From contig CAZWNC010000001.1 in the NCBI GenBank assembly GCA_964635195.1, positions 1,312-65,311 on the forward strand: a stretch of DNA of 64,000 nucleotides, written 5' to 3'. The stretch comes from an uncultured Candidatus Saccharibacteria bacterium (GTDB lineage Bacteria > Patescibacteriota > Minisyncoccia > Phycocordibacterales > UBA12088). The notes beneath the pieces were generated by a model, which did not search any database, was not told the origin of the DNA, and was given only the letters and a program-made list of their open reading frames with translations. Of the stretch, positions 48,160-58,055 are shown in pieces. Position 1 is the stretch's first letter. Each line of letters begins with the position of its first letter. Both the position numbers and the translations under genes were made by a program.

Positions 48160-49413
48160 ATGAACAAGGGTGTGGGTGTTTCAAGCAAATTCCTTTGGGG
48201 CGCAGCTACTGCATCTTTCCAGGTGGAGGGTGGGATAGAAAACAATGATTGGGCGCAGGCGGCTCGTGAGGGGAAGGTGCCACCCTGTGGTCGTGCGTGT
48301 GACCATTACCATCGTTTTCGTGAGGATTTCGATATTGCTAAAACACTTGGACATACGGCGCATCGCTTTTCGATTGAGTGGTCTCGTATCGAGCCATGCG
48401 AGGGTGAGTTTGACGAGAGCGCCATAGTCCACTACCGTGAAGTGATTGTTGCGTTGCACGAGCGCGGTATTGAACCCGTCGTAACCTTGTGGCATTGGAC
48501 ACTTCCCGAATGGCTTTCGAACACGGGAGGTATTGAGCGTAGTGACTTTCCGGAACGCTTCGCACGGTATTGCGCGTACGTGGTCGAGTGTCTCGCCGAG
48601 CACGCACACTATTTCACCACACTCAACGAGCCCTACAGTACGATCGTAAACGGTTGGGTGCGTGGCACCTTTCCGCCATTTCATCGATTTCCACCAATCG
48701 GCGTAGCACGTATTCCAAGTGATCGAACGCTTGCAGAGAATTCCGTACCCGACTGGTTTGGGTTCGTGAAGTTTTTTACACTCGCAAATACGCTTGCACG
48801 CGCGCACGTGTATGCCTACCGCGCCATAAAGGCCAAGGTGTCCACGGTCGATGTCGGCATTACTTTCCAGGTACACGTATTCACCGGGCGCACCTGGTGG
48901 GGCAAGCTCAAGGCGCGCTTCATGATGTGGAACAACAATCACCGTTTCCTCAAGCGGGTTATACGTCAATGTGACACACTTGGTCTGAATTATTACTTTT
49001 ACACCGACTTCGACGATCATACTGTGCATCCCAAAACAGACATGGGGTGGGACGCACGCCCGGAGAAAATATACGACGCGCTTATGGCAGTGAAGCGCTA
49101 TCGTAAGCCGGTCATTGTCGAGGAGTGCGGGTGCGCGGATGCCCACGATAGGTTTCGTACGGAGTACATTCGGCGGACGGTGGAGGGTATTGAGTGTGCG
49201 ATCCGTGACGGTGTCGATGTGCGTGGCTTCATGTATTGGTCGCTGCTAGATAACTATGAGTGGGCGCATGGCTTCGACAAGCGCTTTGGCCTCGTTGAGG
49301 TAGACTACGACACGCTCGAACGCACCATTCGTCCCTCGGCGTATGCCTATCGTGACCTCATTGCCTCCCGCGTGATTGAAGTCAACCTCCAAGTAGCCCG
49401 GAATTGTACATAA
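48160..49413 (+). CDS. Glycoside hydrolase family 1 beta-glycosidase
   Basis: FLWGAATASFQVEGG N-terminal signature, TLNEP acid/base region, nucleophile region VIVEECGCAD (non-canonical for GH1 I-T-E-N-G). Track ORF from 48064 is an extension. Confidence 0.8.
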   Translation: MNKGVGVSSKFLWGAATASFQVEGGIENNDWAQAAREGKVPPCGRACDHYHRFREDFDIAKTLGHTAHRFSIEWSRIEPCEGEFDESAIVHYREVIVALHERGIEPVVTLWHWTLPEWLSNTGGIERSDFPERFARYCAYVVECLAEHAHYFTTLNEPYSTIVNGWVRGTFPPFHRFPPIGVARIPSDRTLAENSVPDWFGFVKFFTLANTLARAHVYAYRAIKAKVSTVDVGITFQVHVFTGRTWWGKLKARFMMWNNNHRFLKRVIRQCDTLGLNYYFYTDFDDHTVHPKTDMGWDARPEKIYDALMAVKRYRKPVIVEECGCADAHDRFRTEYIRRTVEGIECAIRDGVDVRGFMYWSLLDNYEWAHGFDKRFGLVEVDYDTLERTIRPSAYAYRDLIASRVIEVNLQVARNCT

Positions 49414-49476
49414 GATACTCACACGTTTCAAAAAAAAGCATGGAAAGCAAGTGTCGTGATGTGGTAGACTGCGAAC

Positions 49477-50847
49477 ATGTTTTCGAATGATGGACGTACT
49501 AATGGTCAAGACATACAGAGTACACGTAACGGAGGTGATGTTCCCACCGTATGGGAGTCAGCCATTCCTCACCCATCTTCAGAGGTTGAGCGAGGTGCGC
49601 CACAACCCTTACGTCCAGATGCCGTAGCGCAAGTGGCCAATCACGCAGTTGTTGGTGAGATGCCACACGGTGGACATCGTGATGCCGAGCTTTTTATCCA
49701 GGGGGTTTTAAACGAAGCGATAGCACGCAGAGCTTCTGACGTGCATTTTGAGCCTCGCACCGATCAATATCGTGTTCGGCTTCGCATAGACGGTGTATTG
49801 CATGTATACCTTGAACGTCCGCTTGAGGAGTACGCATCGGTATTGAATACGGTCAAAGTGCTTGCTGATGTCGATATCGCCGAGCACAGTCTTCCGCAGG
49901 ATGGCCACATCGAAATAGCGGTTGCAGGGCGCGGATCATCACCCGCAAGCGAACAGCATGTCTACGATGTTCGGGTGTCCACATTTCCTTCGGTAAACGG
50001 TGAAGTGATTGTTATGCGTGTACTGAACCGTTCCGACGCGCTTTTAAGTGTTGATGCGCTCGGCATGGATGAATCATCGTTCAAGATGCTTCGCACCATG
50101 CTTCTTTCATCGTTTGGTATGATATTGGTGACCGGTCCGACCGGTTCCGGTAAGACAACCACGTTGTACTCCATGATGCGTGAATTGAAGAGTTCTGAAA
50201 AGAATATGATTACTCTCGAAGACCCGATCGAGTTCCACTTGGACTGGATGCGACAGTGTGAGATACGTGAAGAACGTGGTTTCACTTACGAGCGGGCAAT
50301 GTCTGCGGTACTGAGACAAGACCCCGACGTGCTCATGGTAGGTGAGGTGCGTGACGCAAAGACGGCGGAGTATGCGGTACGCAGTGCTCTCGTGGGACAC
50401 TTGGTTGGGTGTACCATCCATGCAAATACAACGACCGGCACCATAGCGCGCCTTCTTGACCTGGGAGTACCGAGGAGCAGTCTCGCACATGCATTGAACG
50501 GCGTTATCGCGCAACGTCTTGTGCGCATGGTGTGTGCAAGCTGTAGAGAATCGTACATGCCGGAACAATTTCATCTTGAACATTTCGGGTTACGCTCGGA
50601 TTCCGGAACATACTATCGTGGGCGGGGGTGTGCTGTATGCAGTAACACCGGCTATGCTGGCAGAGTTGCCATTTATTCCGTTATGCTTGTTACCGATGGT
50701 CTGCGCAGTATGATATTTGGACAGCATTCTTTGGTCGATATTCAGCAATTCGCCATGCAAGAGGGTATGCGTACACTCAAGATGGACGCGGTTGCGAAAA
50801 TTCTTGCGGGAATCACTACGGTCGAGGAAGCGGCGAGGGTTATTTAG
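49477..50847 (+). CDS. Type II/IV secretion system ATPase (PilB/GspE family, short N-terminus)
   Basis: Walker A GPTGSGKTTT, Asp/His boxes, tetracysteine CASC...CAVC zinc motif. 456 aa. Confidence 0.8.
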   Translation: MFSNDGRTNGQDIQSTRNGGDVPTVWESAIPHPSSEVERGAPQPLRPDAVAQVANHAVVGEMPHGGHRDAELFIQGVLNEAIARRASDVHFEPRTDQYRVRLRIDGVLHVYLERPLEEYASVLNTVKVLADVDIAEHSLPQDGHIEIAVAGRGSSPASEQHVYDVRVSTFPSVNGEVIVMRVLNRSDALLSVDALGMDESSFKMLRTMLLSSFGMILVTGPTGSGKTTTLYSMMRELKSSEKNMITLEDPIEFHLDWMRQCEIREERGFTYERAMSAVLRQDPDVLMVGEVRDAKTAEYAVRSALVGHLVGCTIHANTTTGTIARLLDLGVPRSSLAHALNGVIAQRLVRMVCASCRESYMPEQFHLEHFGLRSDSGTYYRGRGCAVCSNTGYAGRVAIYSVMLVTDGLRSMIFGQHSLVDIQQFAMQEGMRTLKMDAVAKILAGITTVEEAARVI

Positions 50848-50939
50848 GGTTATTCACGCTTCCTACCGCACATTGCTTGTCATATGCGTGTCGGCGCGGT
50901 ACCATACTCGGTATTGATGTATGACGAAACTGTTTCCAT

Positions 50940-51323
50940 ATGAAATTATTTGATTTGTTTAAAAAAGAACGAAAAGTCCTTGTGGTCGAGGATGACGTGC
51001 GCCTTCGGGAATCGTTACGTGATGTCTTTGAAGCAAAAGGGTATGTGGTTACCGAAGCGGGCGACGCAACCACCGTACTTGCTTCAATAGGAAAAAGCGT
51101 TCCCGACGTAATGGTGCTCGACCTTATTCTTCCTGCAAAAGACGGTATTACGTTGCTTGAAGAGATGCGAAACGAAGGTTACTCGTTTCCCGTCGTTATT
51201 TTGTCAAACCTACTTGGTTCCGATTCATTGCGTGAAGATGCCGAACGTCTCGGTGCCGTATTTTACAACAAGTCATCGACGTCGCTTGAGGACATTGCGG
51301 GTGCGGTGTCGAAGGTGATTTAA
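50940..51323 (+). CDS. Stand-alone response regulator receiver (CheY-like)
   Basis: VLVVEDDVRLRESL...VMVLDLILPAKDG receiver motifs (DD, D, K). Confidence 0.8.
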   Translation: MKLFDLFKKERKVLVVEDDVRLRESLRDVFEAKGYVVTEAGDATTVLASIGKSVPDVMVLDLILPAKDGITLLEEMRNEGYSFPVVILSNLLGSDSLREDAERLGAVFYNKSSTSLEDIAGAVSKVI

Positions 51324-51326
51324 TCA

Positions 51327-51731
51327 ATGTCGTGCATGGGTTTCTTTCGTTCAATCTTTTCACAAGAAAAAAATACGGTACTACTTGTCGAGGACGATGT
51401 TCCTTTGCGTCAATTTATGGCGGAGCAGCTGACAGGACGCGGTTTGCACGTCATTGAAACAGGTGATGGTTCCGCAGCATCTCAGATTATCGCCGAGAAG
51501 CAACCCGATTGCGTCGTGCTGGACGTTATGTTGCCGGGGAAGAACGGTATGCAGATTCTCGCTGAACTCCGCGCGGTTGATACTCGAACGCCTGTTGTGG
51601 TGCTCACTACGCTTTCCGGAGAGGGTGGCCTGCGTCTTGAAGCAGAAAAACACAATGCAACATTTTTGAATAAGGCCGATACCTCCCTCGAGGCGGTTAT
51701 TGAGACCGTCGTCAAAAAGCTTGATCGTTAG
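51327..51731 (+). CDS. Stand-alone response regulator receiver (CheY-like), second copy
   Basis: VLLVEDDVPLRQFM...CVVLDVMLPGKNG. Confidence 0.8.
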   Translation: MSCMGFFRSIFSQEKNTVLLVEDDVPLRQFMAEQLTGRGLHVIETGDGSAASQIIAEKQPDCVVLDVMLPGKNGMQILAELRAVDTRTPVVVLTTLSGEGGLRLEAEKHNATFLNKADTSLEAVIETVVKKLDR

Positions 51732-51739
51732 TTTGACCT

Positions 51740-52444
51740 ATGGCACCTGAAGTTCATACCCATGCGATGTTGCTGCGTGTCATCGCGCATGACCTATTGT
51801 CACCACTTACCGCAATAAAGTGGCAAACGGAGCTCATGGAGCGTCCGGACATCTCGCGTGAAAAACGGGAAGGCTATTTTGCGACAATACGTTCAACGAC
51901 CGAGCTTGGTATTACCATCACCAAACATGCTCACGTTGCGGGGAGCGTGCTCACCAACACCTACACAGGAGAACCTTCCATGCTTGCACCGTCGAACGCG
52001 GTTGATTCCGCATGCGCATCGCTCAAGCCACAATTCGAGCGGCATGGTATTGCGCTTGTGTGGGACGTCGGAACTTCTGAAGAGCAAATGCTCGATTCTT
52101 CGCTTACCGGACTCCTGATGTGGTCGATTGCAAAGTTTTTTCTTGCCTGTGTACCCATGAACGGTACAGTCCGTGTCACAGCCGGTTCCAATATCGGTAA
52201 AGATGATGATGGTGTTTCCGTATACGAAGTGGTGTGCAGTTCTCCGAATACGATTGAGTCTGATGCGCTTGTTAAGGTCTTCACTACACTTACTCCACGC
52301 ACCTCGCTCGACCAAGAGTATGTGTTTGCATTTCTCATACACGAGGTCGCACGTTCGCTGAAAAATGTATCCGTTTCCGCATCGATGGAACAGGGGAGTC
52401 TTACACTACGTGCACGTTTTGCGCCTGATCCCACAACCTCTTAA
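51740..52444 (+). CDS. Short cytoplasmic histidine-kinase-like protein (HisKA H-box present; ATPase motifs degenerate)
   Basis: IAHDLLSPLTAI H-box. No convincing N/G1/G2 boxes found by eye. Confidence 0.5.
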   Translation: MAPEVHTHAMLLRVIAHDLLSPLTAIKWQTELMERPDISREKREGYFATIRSTTELGITITKHAHVAGSVLTNTYTGEPSMLAPSNAVDSACASLKPQFERHGIALVWDVGTSEEQMLDSSLTGLLMWSIAKFFLACVPMNGTVRVTAGSNIGKDDDGVSVYEVVCSSPNTIESDALVKVFTTLTPRTSLDQEYVFAFLIHEVARSLKNVSVSASMEQGSLTLRARFAPDPTTS

Positions 52445-52608
52445 TACACAGGGTTTACATCATTTGGATGAAGTTCGCGAAGTCAAGGAGCAACACCGGC
52501 GAGTAGTATCGAGATATAGTGTGAGTCGGTTTGCGACGTGGGAGACAAAGAAATTCGCCGCATGCGTAAGCCCTATAAACTTGTATTGGCCGGCCGTCTA
52601 GGTGTAGC

Positions 52609-54195
52609 ATGGAAGGTATGCGCATCTCTTATTGGTACATACTCGGACTCCTTGCTCTTGTTGGTGTTGTAGGTGTCGCGTGGTTTGAGATGCGGCAGGT
52701 TGGTACTGTGCCCGCGTTTGAAGTTGCGCGTGTCGAACAGAGTGATCTCGAATATATTGTCAGTGTCACAGGTCGGGCAGAGCCGCTACAGCGCCTGTCA
52801 CTTGCGTTTCCGGTTGGAGGCAGGATTGAGCGTATAGCGGTTAAGGAGGGTGACCTGATCACACAAGGCGCACTTGTGGCTCGACTTGAAGGCTCATACA
52901 TGGAAGCGCAGTTGCTCGAGTCGGAAGCGCGTGTTGCGCGTGAGCGCACGTTTTATGAAGAACTTATTGCTCCGATACGAAGTGAGTCGGTTCGACTTGA
53001 AGATGTGAAGGTTGTTCAGGCCAGGGAAGCGCTTGCCCGTGCCGAAGACACTGCCCGTACCGCTCTCGCACGAGCGTACGTCCAAGTTGAAGATGCACTT
53101 CATAGACAAATAGATACGTTGTTTGAGCAAGCACCGGAGAACGGATTTTTCGGCATTGAATACACCACAGCTAATGCGACGTACCGTATTCGGGGTGACT
53201 ATCGTGAGACCATGCTGTTGAATGATTTGCGTGCCGATGCGGAACGGGCGATTGTCGGCATGCGTGACCGTATGGACGATTCCATACCGGTGTCCAAACT
53301 CCTTGTGCTCTCCAGTACCGATCTCCTTGCTGTTGAGCGCCTAAGTACGGAACTCGCTCGAGTGGTCAACGGTTATAGTGCAGATGATATTTACGAAGAA
53401 GCTGCGTACGCGCCTTTTCAGAACGCAGTTCAGCAAGCGCGTACCACCATAGCACAAGTGCGGGGCGACATTGATTCTGTTGCAAGTGCGTATGACGGAC
53501 ATACGCACGCACTCAATCGCGTCATACAAGAGCGCGATCTTGCGTTTGCGGGCGTACGGAGCGAAACGGTGCGCACGCAGCAGGCGGCGATTGCACTTGC
53601 CGAACGCGGGTACGCAAGTGCGCGGGCTAAGCTTGAGGAAAACAATCTTGTGTCTCCGGTCTCCGGTCGTGTCGTTCGGATTGAGCCTTTGGAGGGTGAA
53701 ACAGTACATGCGTACGATGAAGTGCTTGCGGTTGAGGTCGATGCCGGTTCATACGAGGTGCAGGTGTATATGCCCGAAGTAGATATAGCGCGCGTGAGTC
53801 TGGGCGATCGGGCGTCCATCACGTTCGATGCGTTTGGTCGCGAGTATGTTTTTGGTGGTAAGGTCGTACGTATCGCGCTTGCGGAGACCGTTCGTGAAGG
53901 GGTGCCGACTTACAAAACAACAATCGCCGTTACCGATACGCCGGATGCAACATTGCTCGTGCGCCCGGGTATGACCGCAGATGTCGATATCACTACGGAC
54001 GAACGTCCGCACGTCCTCACAGTTCCGACGCGCAGCATTCTTGCACGGGGTGAGCAAAAGTACGTCCGCCTCGTTGAGGGCGCGCAATTCACAGAGCGCC
54101 CTGTGACAGTTGGTTTACGTGGTTCACAAGGCACGACCGAAATCGTCGAAGGTCTTGCAGAAGGTGATGAAGTTGTGGTGTATATGAAAGAATAG
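52609..54195 (+). CDS. HlyD/MacA-family periplasmic adaptor (membrane fusion protein)
   Basis: N-terminal TM anchor, long coiled-coil, C-terminal beta-barrel/lipoyl-like region. Upstream of ABC ATPase and permease. Confidence 0.7.
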   Translation: MEGMRISYWYILGLLALVGVVGVAWFEMRQVGTVPAFEVARVEQSDLEYIVSVTGRAEPLQRLSLAFPVGGRIERIAVKEGDLITQGALVARLEGSYMEAQLLESEARVARERTFYEELIAPIRSESVRLEDVKVVQAREALARAEDTARTALARAYVQVEDALHRQIDTLFEQAPENGFFGIEYTTANATYRIRGDYRETMLLNDLRADAERAIVGMRDRMDDSIPVSKLLVLSSTDLLAVERLSTELARVVNGYSADDIYEEAAYAPFQNAVQQARTTIAQVRGDIDSVASAYDGHTHALNRVIQERDLAFAGVRSETVRTQQAAIALAERGYASARAKLEENNLVSPVSGRVVRIEPLEGETVHAYDEVLAVEVDAGSYEVQVYMPEVDIARVSLGDRASITFDAFGREYVFGGKVVRIALAETVREGVPTYKTTIAVTDTPDATLLVRPGMTADVDITTDERPHVLTVPTRSILARGEQKYVRLVEGAQFTERPVTVGLRGSQGTTEIVEGLAEGDEVVVYMKE

Positions 54196-54208
54196 CGTTT
54201 AGTCATAT

Positions 54209-54889
54209 ATGACCTCATCGTCGCTTATAGAGGCGATTAATCTTACAAAGACGTATTCCGACGGGACGAGCGCTTTGCGCAATGCCACCTTCACAATTGA
54301 TTCAGGAGAATTTGTGGCGATTATGGGCCCGTCAGGGTCGGGTAAGTCGACTCTACTGCATATCCTTGGCTTTCTTGATCCACAGACGACCGGGGAATAC
54401 CTTTTTCGAGGAAAATCCGCACTTACCATACCGCCACATGAAATAGCACGAATACGCAATGAAGAGATTGGTTTTGTTTTCCAGCAGTTTAATCTTCTTC
54501 CTCGAGAGACAGTGCTCGAAAATGTCTACTTACCGCTCTACTACAGTATGGTGCCAAAGCGTGAGTGGCTTGCTCGTGCGACACGAGCGGTGGAGGAGGT
54601 GGGGCTGACTCAGCGTATACAACACGAAGCGTACATGCTCTCGGGAGGAGAGAAGCAACGTGTTGCGATTGCGCGTGCGCTCATACAAGACCCAAAAGTG
54701 ATCTTTGCGGATGAGCCGACCGGTAATCTCGACACTGTTGCAGGAAATACGGTGCTCGCATTGGTAGAGCGTTTGCATCAAAAGGGACACACGGTCATTT
54801 TGATAACTCACGACTCTGACGTGGCAGCGAGAGCCAAGCGTATGCTAATTGTTCGTGATGGGGTACTGGAAGGAGGGTGTCCTGCTTGA
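54209..54889 (+). CDS. ABC transporter ATP-binding protein (MacB/LolD-like)
   Basis: [34 protein letters not shown]. Confidence 0.9.
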   Translation: MTSSSLIEAINLTKTYSDGTSALRNATFTIDSGEFVAIMGPSGSGKSTLLHILGFLDPQTTGEYLFRGKSALTIPPHEIARIRNEEIGFVFQQFNLLPRETVLENVYLPLYYSMVPKREWLARATRAVEEVGLTQRIQHEAYMLSGGEKQRVAIARALIQDPKVIFADEPTGNLDTVAGNTVLALVERLHQKGHTVILITHDSDVAARAKRMLIVRDGVLEGGCPA

Positions 54890-54892
54890 CCT

Positions 54893-56137
54893 ATGAGGAT
54901 TCTTGCCACCACAGAGATCGCAGTGCATGGCTTGGGTACTAAGCCCTCGCGTACGTTCTTGACACTCCTTGGTATTGCCATCGGAGTTGCTGCGGTTATC
55001 ACTATTGCATCCCTTGGAGCAGGGACACAGCTACTTATTACAGACGAAATCAGTGGACTCGGTGCTGATGTGATAGCTGTACAGCCGGGAAGAAATACGA
55101 CAGGAATCGCGGATATCGCTTCGCGTCTGTATGCGAAGTCGCTCGACGGTGCCGATGTTGAGGCGTTGCGTCGCACTGAAAACGTACCCCACGCTGTTTC
55201 CGTGGAGCCGGTTGTTATGGTGCCCGGCTCGGTGAGTTTTGAAAGCGAAACGTATTACCCGCAAATAGTGGGAGGGAGCGCAGAGCTCTATCAGCAGATG
55301 TTCGACATCTATCCTGCGGAAGGGGACATGTTCGGCGATACGGAGATACGTGAAAAGGCGAGCATTGCAGTTATTGGTTATAAAGTTAATCTTGAGCTCT
55401 TTTCCGGTCGTTCAGGGTATGGTGAAAAGATTACCATAGGCGGAAAGAAGTTTCGTGTGACGGGTGTATTGCCACAACTTGGCCAGGTTGCTTTTGCACA
55501 GGTGGATGACATGGTACTTATTCCGCACACAACCGCACAAACTTACTTGTTGGGGCAGAAACATTACAACGAGTTCATTGTACAAGTTGATGACCCTGTG
55601 CACGTGGCTCGCACCGAGGAGGACATCAAGCGGACACTTCGCGAGACACACAAACTGGACAATGGGGAGGAAAGTGATTTCGTGGTACAGACTCCGAGTG
55701 CGCTCATTGAACAGGTCGGTACCATCCTAGATACGCTCACACTCTTTCTCACCGCCGTTGTTGCTATTGCACTTGTGGTTGGTGGTATCGGTATTATGAA
55801 TATTATGCTTGTTTCGGTTACCGAGCGTACTCGCGAGATAGGGTTACGCAAGGCGCTTGGCGCAACAGACATGAACATTCTCACACAGTTTCTACTTGAA
55901 GCGATGTTGCTGACCATGCTGGGCGGAGCTGTGGGCATCTTTTTTGGTGCGGGAGCCGCATATGGAGCAAGTGTGGCTATTCGTACTTTTTCAACACTCG
56001 ACTGGACGTTTGTGTTTCCCCTGGAAGCGGCAAGTGTCGCACTCATCTTTTCAGCATGCATCGGACTCGTATTCGGACTGTATCCGGCGAGGAAGGCTTC
56101 AAAGAAGAGTCCGATGGAGGCATTGCGATACGAATGA
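54893..56137 (+). CDS. ABC transporter permease (MacB/FtsX-like)
   Basis: N-terminal TM, large periplasmic domain, C-terminal FtsX-type 3-TM bundle. Confidence 0.85.
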   Translation: MRILATTEIAVHGLGTKPSRTFLTLLGIAIGVAAVITIASLGAGTQLLITDEISGLGADVIAVQPGRNTTGIADIASRLYAKSLDGADVEALRRTENVPHAVSVEPVVMVPGSVSFESETYYPQIVGGSAELYQQMFDIYPAEGDMFGDTEIREKASIAVIGYKVNLELFSGRSGYGEKITIGGKKFRVTGVLPQLGQVAFAQVDDMVLIPHTTAQTYLLGQKHYNEFIVQVDDPVHVARTEEDIKRTLRETHKLDNGEESDFVVQTPSALIEQVGTILDTLTLFLTAVVAIALVVGGIGIMNIMLVSVTERTREIGLRKALGATDMNILTQFLLEAMLLTMLGGAVGIFFGAGAAYGASVAIRTFSTLDWTFVFPLEAASVALIFSACIGLVFGLYPARKASKKSPMEALRYE

Positions 56138-56197
56138 GTGTGCTATTTGAGCATCGGCACAAGATGTAGTAAGATACTGTGGTACCCGTAGAAGGGT

Positions 56198-56273
56198 GCC
56201 GAGATAGCTCAGTCGGTAGAGCACCCCCATGGTAAGGGGGAGGTCCCGAGTTCGATCCTCGGTCTCGGCTCCA
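56198..56273 (+). tRNA. tRNA-Thr (anticodon GGU), CCA encoded
   Basis: Cloverleaf GCCGAGA/TCTCGGC acceptor, D-arm GCTC-AGTCGGTA-GAGC, anticodon loop aTGGTaa, T-arm CCGAG-TTCGATC-CTCGG. Confidence 0.8.
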
Positions 56274-56430
56274 AGAGCGAGAGAGCAGCGTGCCTGCGCA
56301 CGCTGTGTCGAGGATAGAAAGGCGCAACCATCGACTTGCTATACGCGAGGAGAGGCGAGCCGGGGTCGAGAGCACTTGGTTATTGAGGAACCGCCTCAGG
56401 CGGAGATGAAATAACCTAGTGACTCGTGAC

Positions 56431-56453
56431 CGATCCTCGGTCTCGGCTCCAAG
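56431..56453 (+). repeat. 23-bp exact direct repeat of tRNA-Thr 3' end (CGATCCTCGGTCTCGGCTCCAAG), 178 bp downstream of first copy (56253-56275)
   Basis: Direct sequence comparison. att-core-like partial tRNA duplication. Confidence 0.8.
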
Positions 56454-56522
56454 GAGACGCGCGTGCGTCTAGGATGTACAGTATAAATACTTGTAGGTAT
56501 ACTGTAATACGTGTGTGACCGT

Positions 56523-56595
56523 GCCGCCTTAGCTCAGTCGGTAGAGCAATGCATTCGTAACGCATAGGTCCCCAGTTCGATCCTGGGAGGCGGCT
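56523..56595 (+). tRNA. tRNA-Thr (anticodon CGU), no encoded CCA
   Basis: GCCGCCT/AGGCGGC acceptor, identical D-arm, anticodon loop tTCGTaa (A-C mismatch at stem base), T-arm CCCAG-TTCGATC-CTGGG. Confidence 0.7.
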
Positions 56596-56672
56596 CACAA
56601 ACAGGGTGCGTGAAAAAGTCGCGAGAGTGGCGGTAGTCATTAATGATTCGCTGTTGAATCAAGAAACGTTTT

Positions 56673-57047
56673 TTGTACAAGGACGTACTTTTTTTGTATC
56701 CACAAAGTCCGACAGCGCATCATGTAAAGCGATACTTTGGACAAAGGCCACGTCTTGCGAATATGGTCGTGTGTGCTAACGTATCTCATGGGTTCAAGAT
56801 CTTTCACGCTTTCTCTGTCAGAGGAGTCACTCGCATGCTTGCTACAATTCCCGCAAAAGGGGTTGTGAATGAGAATTGCCCATTGTGCATTTCAGCCGGT
56901 GGCAAACTTACACATCTGACGTATTGCATCAATGGTCCCGTTTTGAAATGTGACACCTGCCACTGTCGTTTTTTCCCGAAAAAGAAATTCTTTGGACTTA
57001 TACATTTCTACGAAATGGGCATCCATTTTTCTGACCTCAGGTCTTAG
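56673..57047 (+). CDS. Possible small Zn-ribbon protein (CPLC...CDTCHC); true start uncertain
   Basis: ORF in the tRNA-proximal gap. Competes with a minus ORF 56892..57473. Weak. Confidence 0.25.
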   Translation: MYKDVLFLYPQSPTAHHVKRYFGQRPRLANMVVCANVSHGFKIFHAFSVRGVTRMLATIPAKGVVNENCPLCISAGGKLTHLTYCINGPVLKCDTCHCRFFPKKKFFGLIHFYEMGIHFSDLRS

Positions 57048-57158
57048 TGTTCCCGCGAATACAGAAGTTCCTAACCGCCCACTCGCATTTGGTTGTGAGG
57101 GGCGGTTTTTCATAGCATCTGGATTAACGTATGGTATGACATAGGCATTGAAGGTTTC

Positions 57159-58055
57159 TTGCGGTATAGTATTTGCATGGCCGACCCGGACGCTACACAA
57201 CGCATTGCTGACATCGAGGCCTCGATGTGTTTGCCCGATTTTTGGAAAGACCCAAAACGGGCGCAAGAATTGATCGCGGAACTGCAAGATCTGAAGACTG
57301 TGGCGGAAGGTGGTACTCCATACGATAAATGCCGTGCAATCGTCGCGATTTATGCGGGCGCTGGCGGTGATGATGCGGAGGACTTTGCCGGCATGCTTTT
57401 TCGCATGTACCAAAAACTGTGCGAACGCAAGGGTTGGGCATGGCACCTGCTCCATGATCACGAGAATGACCATGGAGGGTTTCGCAATCTGGCGTTTGAG
57501 ATCGAGGCCAAAGGGTCATACGGTGCTGTGCGGGGTGAGTATGGAGTACATCGACTGGTACGCATTTCTCCCTTTAATGCGAATGCCAAACGTCAAACAT
57601 CCTTCGTGCTCGTGGAGGTCTTGCCGGTCATTGAAAAACACAAACTTGATATTCCGGAGAGTGATCTCGAGATTTCGTTTGCGCGGTCGTCCGGCCCGGG
57701 TGGGCAAAACGTCAATAAGCGCGAGACTGCGGTCCGCATGACTCATCGTCCGACGGGTGTTTCCGTCCACTGTCACGGTGAGCGCACGCAGGAGGCGAAC
57801 AGGGAGAAAGCGCTTGCATTCATTGAAGCGAAGTTGCTGCATCGCATGGAAGAAGAACATAAGGGAACCCTCGCGGAATTAACGATAGATCCGGGTAAAA
57901 TAGAGTGGGGAAGCCAGATGCGTTCGTACGTTCTTCACCCCTATCAGATGGTCAAAGACCACCGCACTGGGGTGGAGACAAGTAACACCGAAGGCGTGCT
58001 CGAGAAAGGTGAATTGGATGAGTTTCTTGAAACAGGGACATCACTTTCACAGTAA
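57159..58055 (+). CDS. prfB: Peptide chain release factor 2 (short N-terminal domain; likely start ATG 57177)
   Basis: SPF tripeptide (RISPFNANAKRQTSF), GGQ (SSGPGGQNVNK). No in-frame upstream extension or CTT-TGA frameshift site. Confidence 0.85.
   Translation: MRYSICMADPDATQRIADIEASMCLPDFWKDPKRAQELIAELQDLKTVAEGGTPYDKCRAIVAIYAGAGGDDAEDFAGMLFRMYQKLCERKGWAWHLLHDHENDHGGFRNLAFEIEAKGSYGAVRGEYGVHRLVRISPFNANAKRQTSFVLVEVLPVIEKHKLDIPESDLEISFARSSGPGGQNVNKRETAVRMTHRPTGVSVHCHGERTQEANREKALAFIEAKLLHRMEEEHKGTLAELTIDPGKIEWGSQMRSYVLHPYQMVKDHRTGVETSNTEGVLEKGELDEFLETGTSLSQ

Noticed and set aside
48181-49146. 321-aa minus ORF antisense to the GH1 gene
   Set aside because: GH1 signatures (FLWGAATASFQVEGG, TLNEP) are on the plus strand. 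The minus frame is spurious.
57050-57180. Search for the programmed +1 frameshift site (CTT TGA C with upstream SD) of prfB
   Set aside because: Frame 0 is closed by TGA at 57096 and there is no ATG/GTG before TTG 57159. No CTT-TGA motif or alternative-frame N-terminal exon was found, so prfB appears unframeshifted.
56892-57473. 193-aa minus ORF overlapping the prfB 5' half
   Set aside because: It overlaps the RF2 frame carrying SPF/GGQ context and the upstream small ORF. No motifs. Likely spurious.
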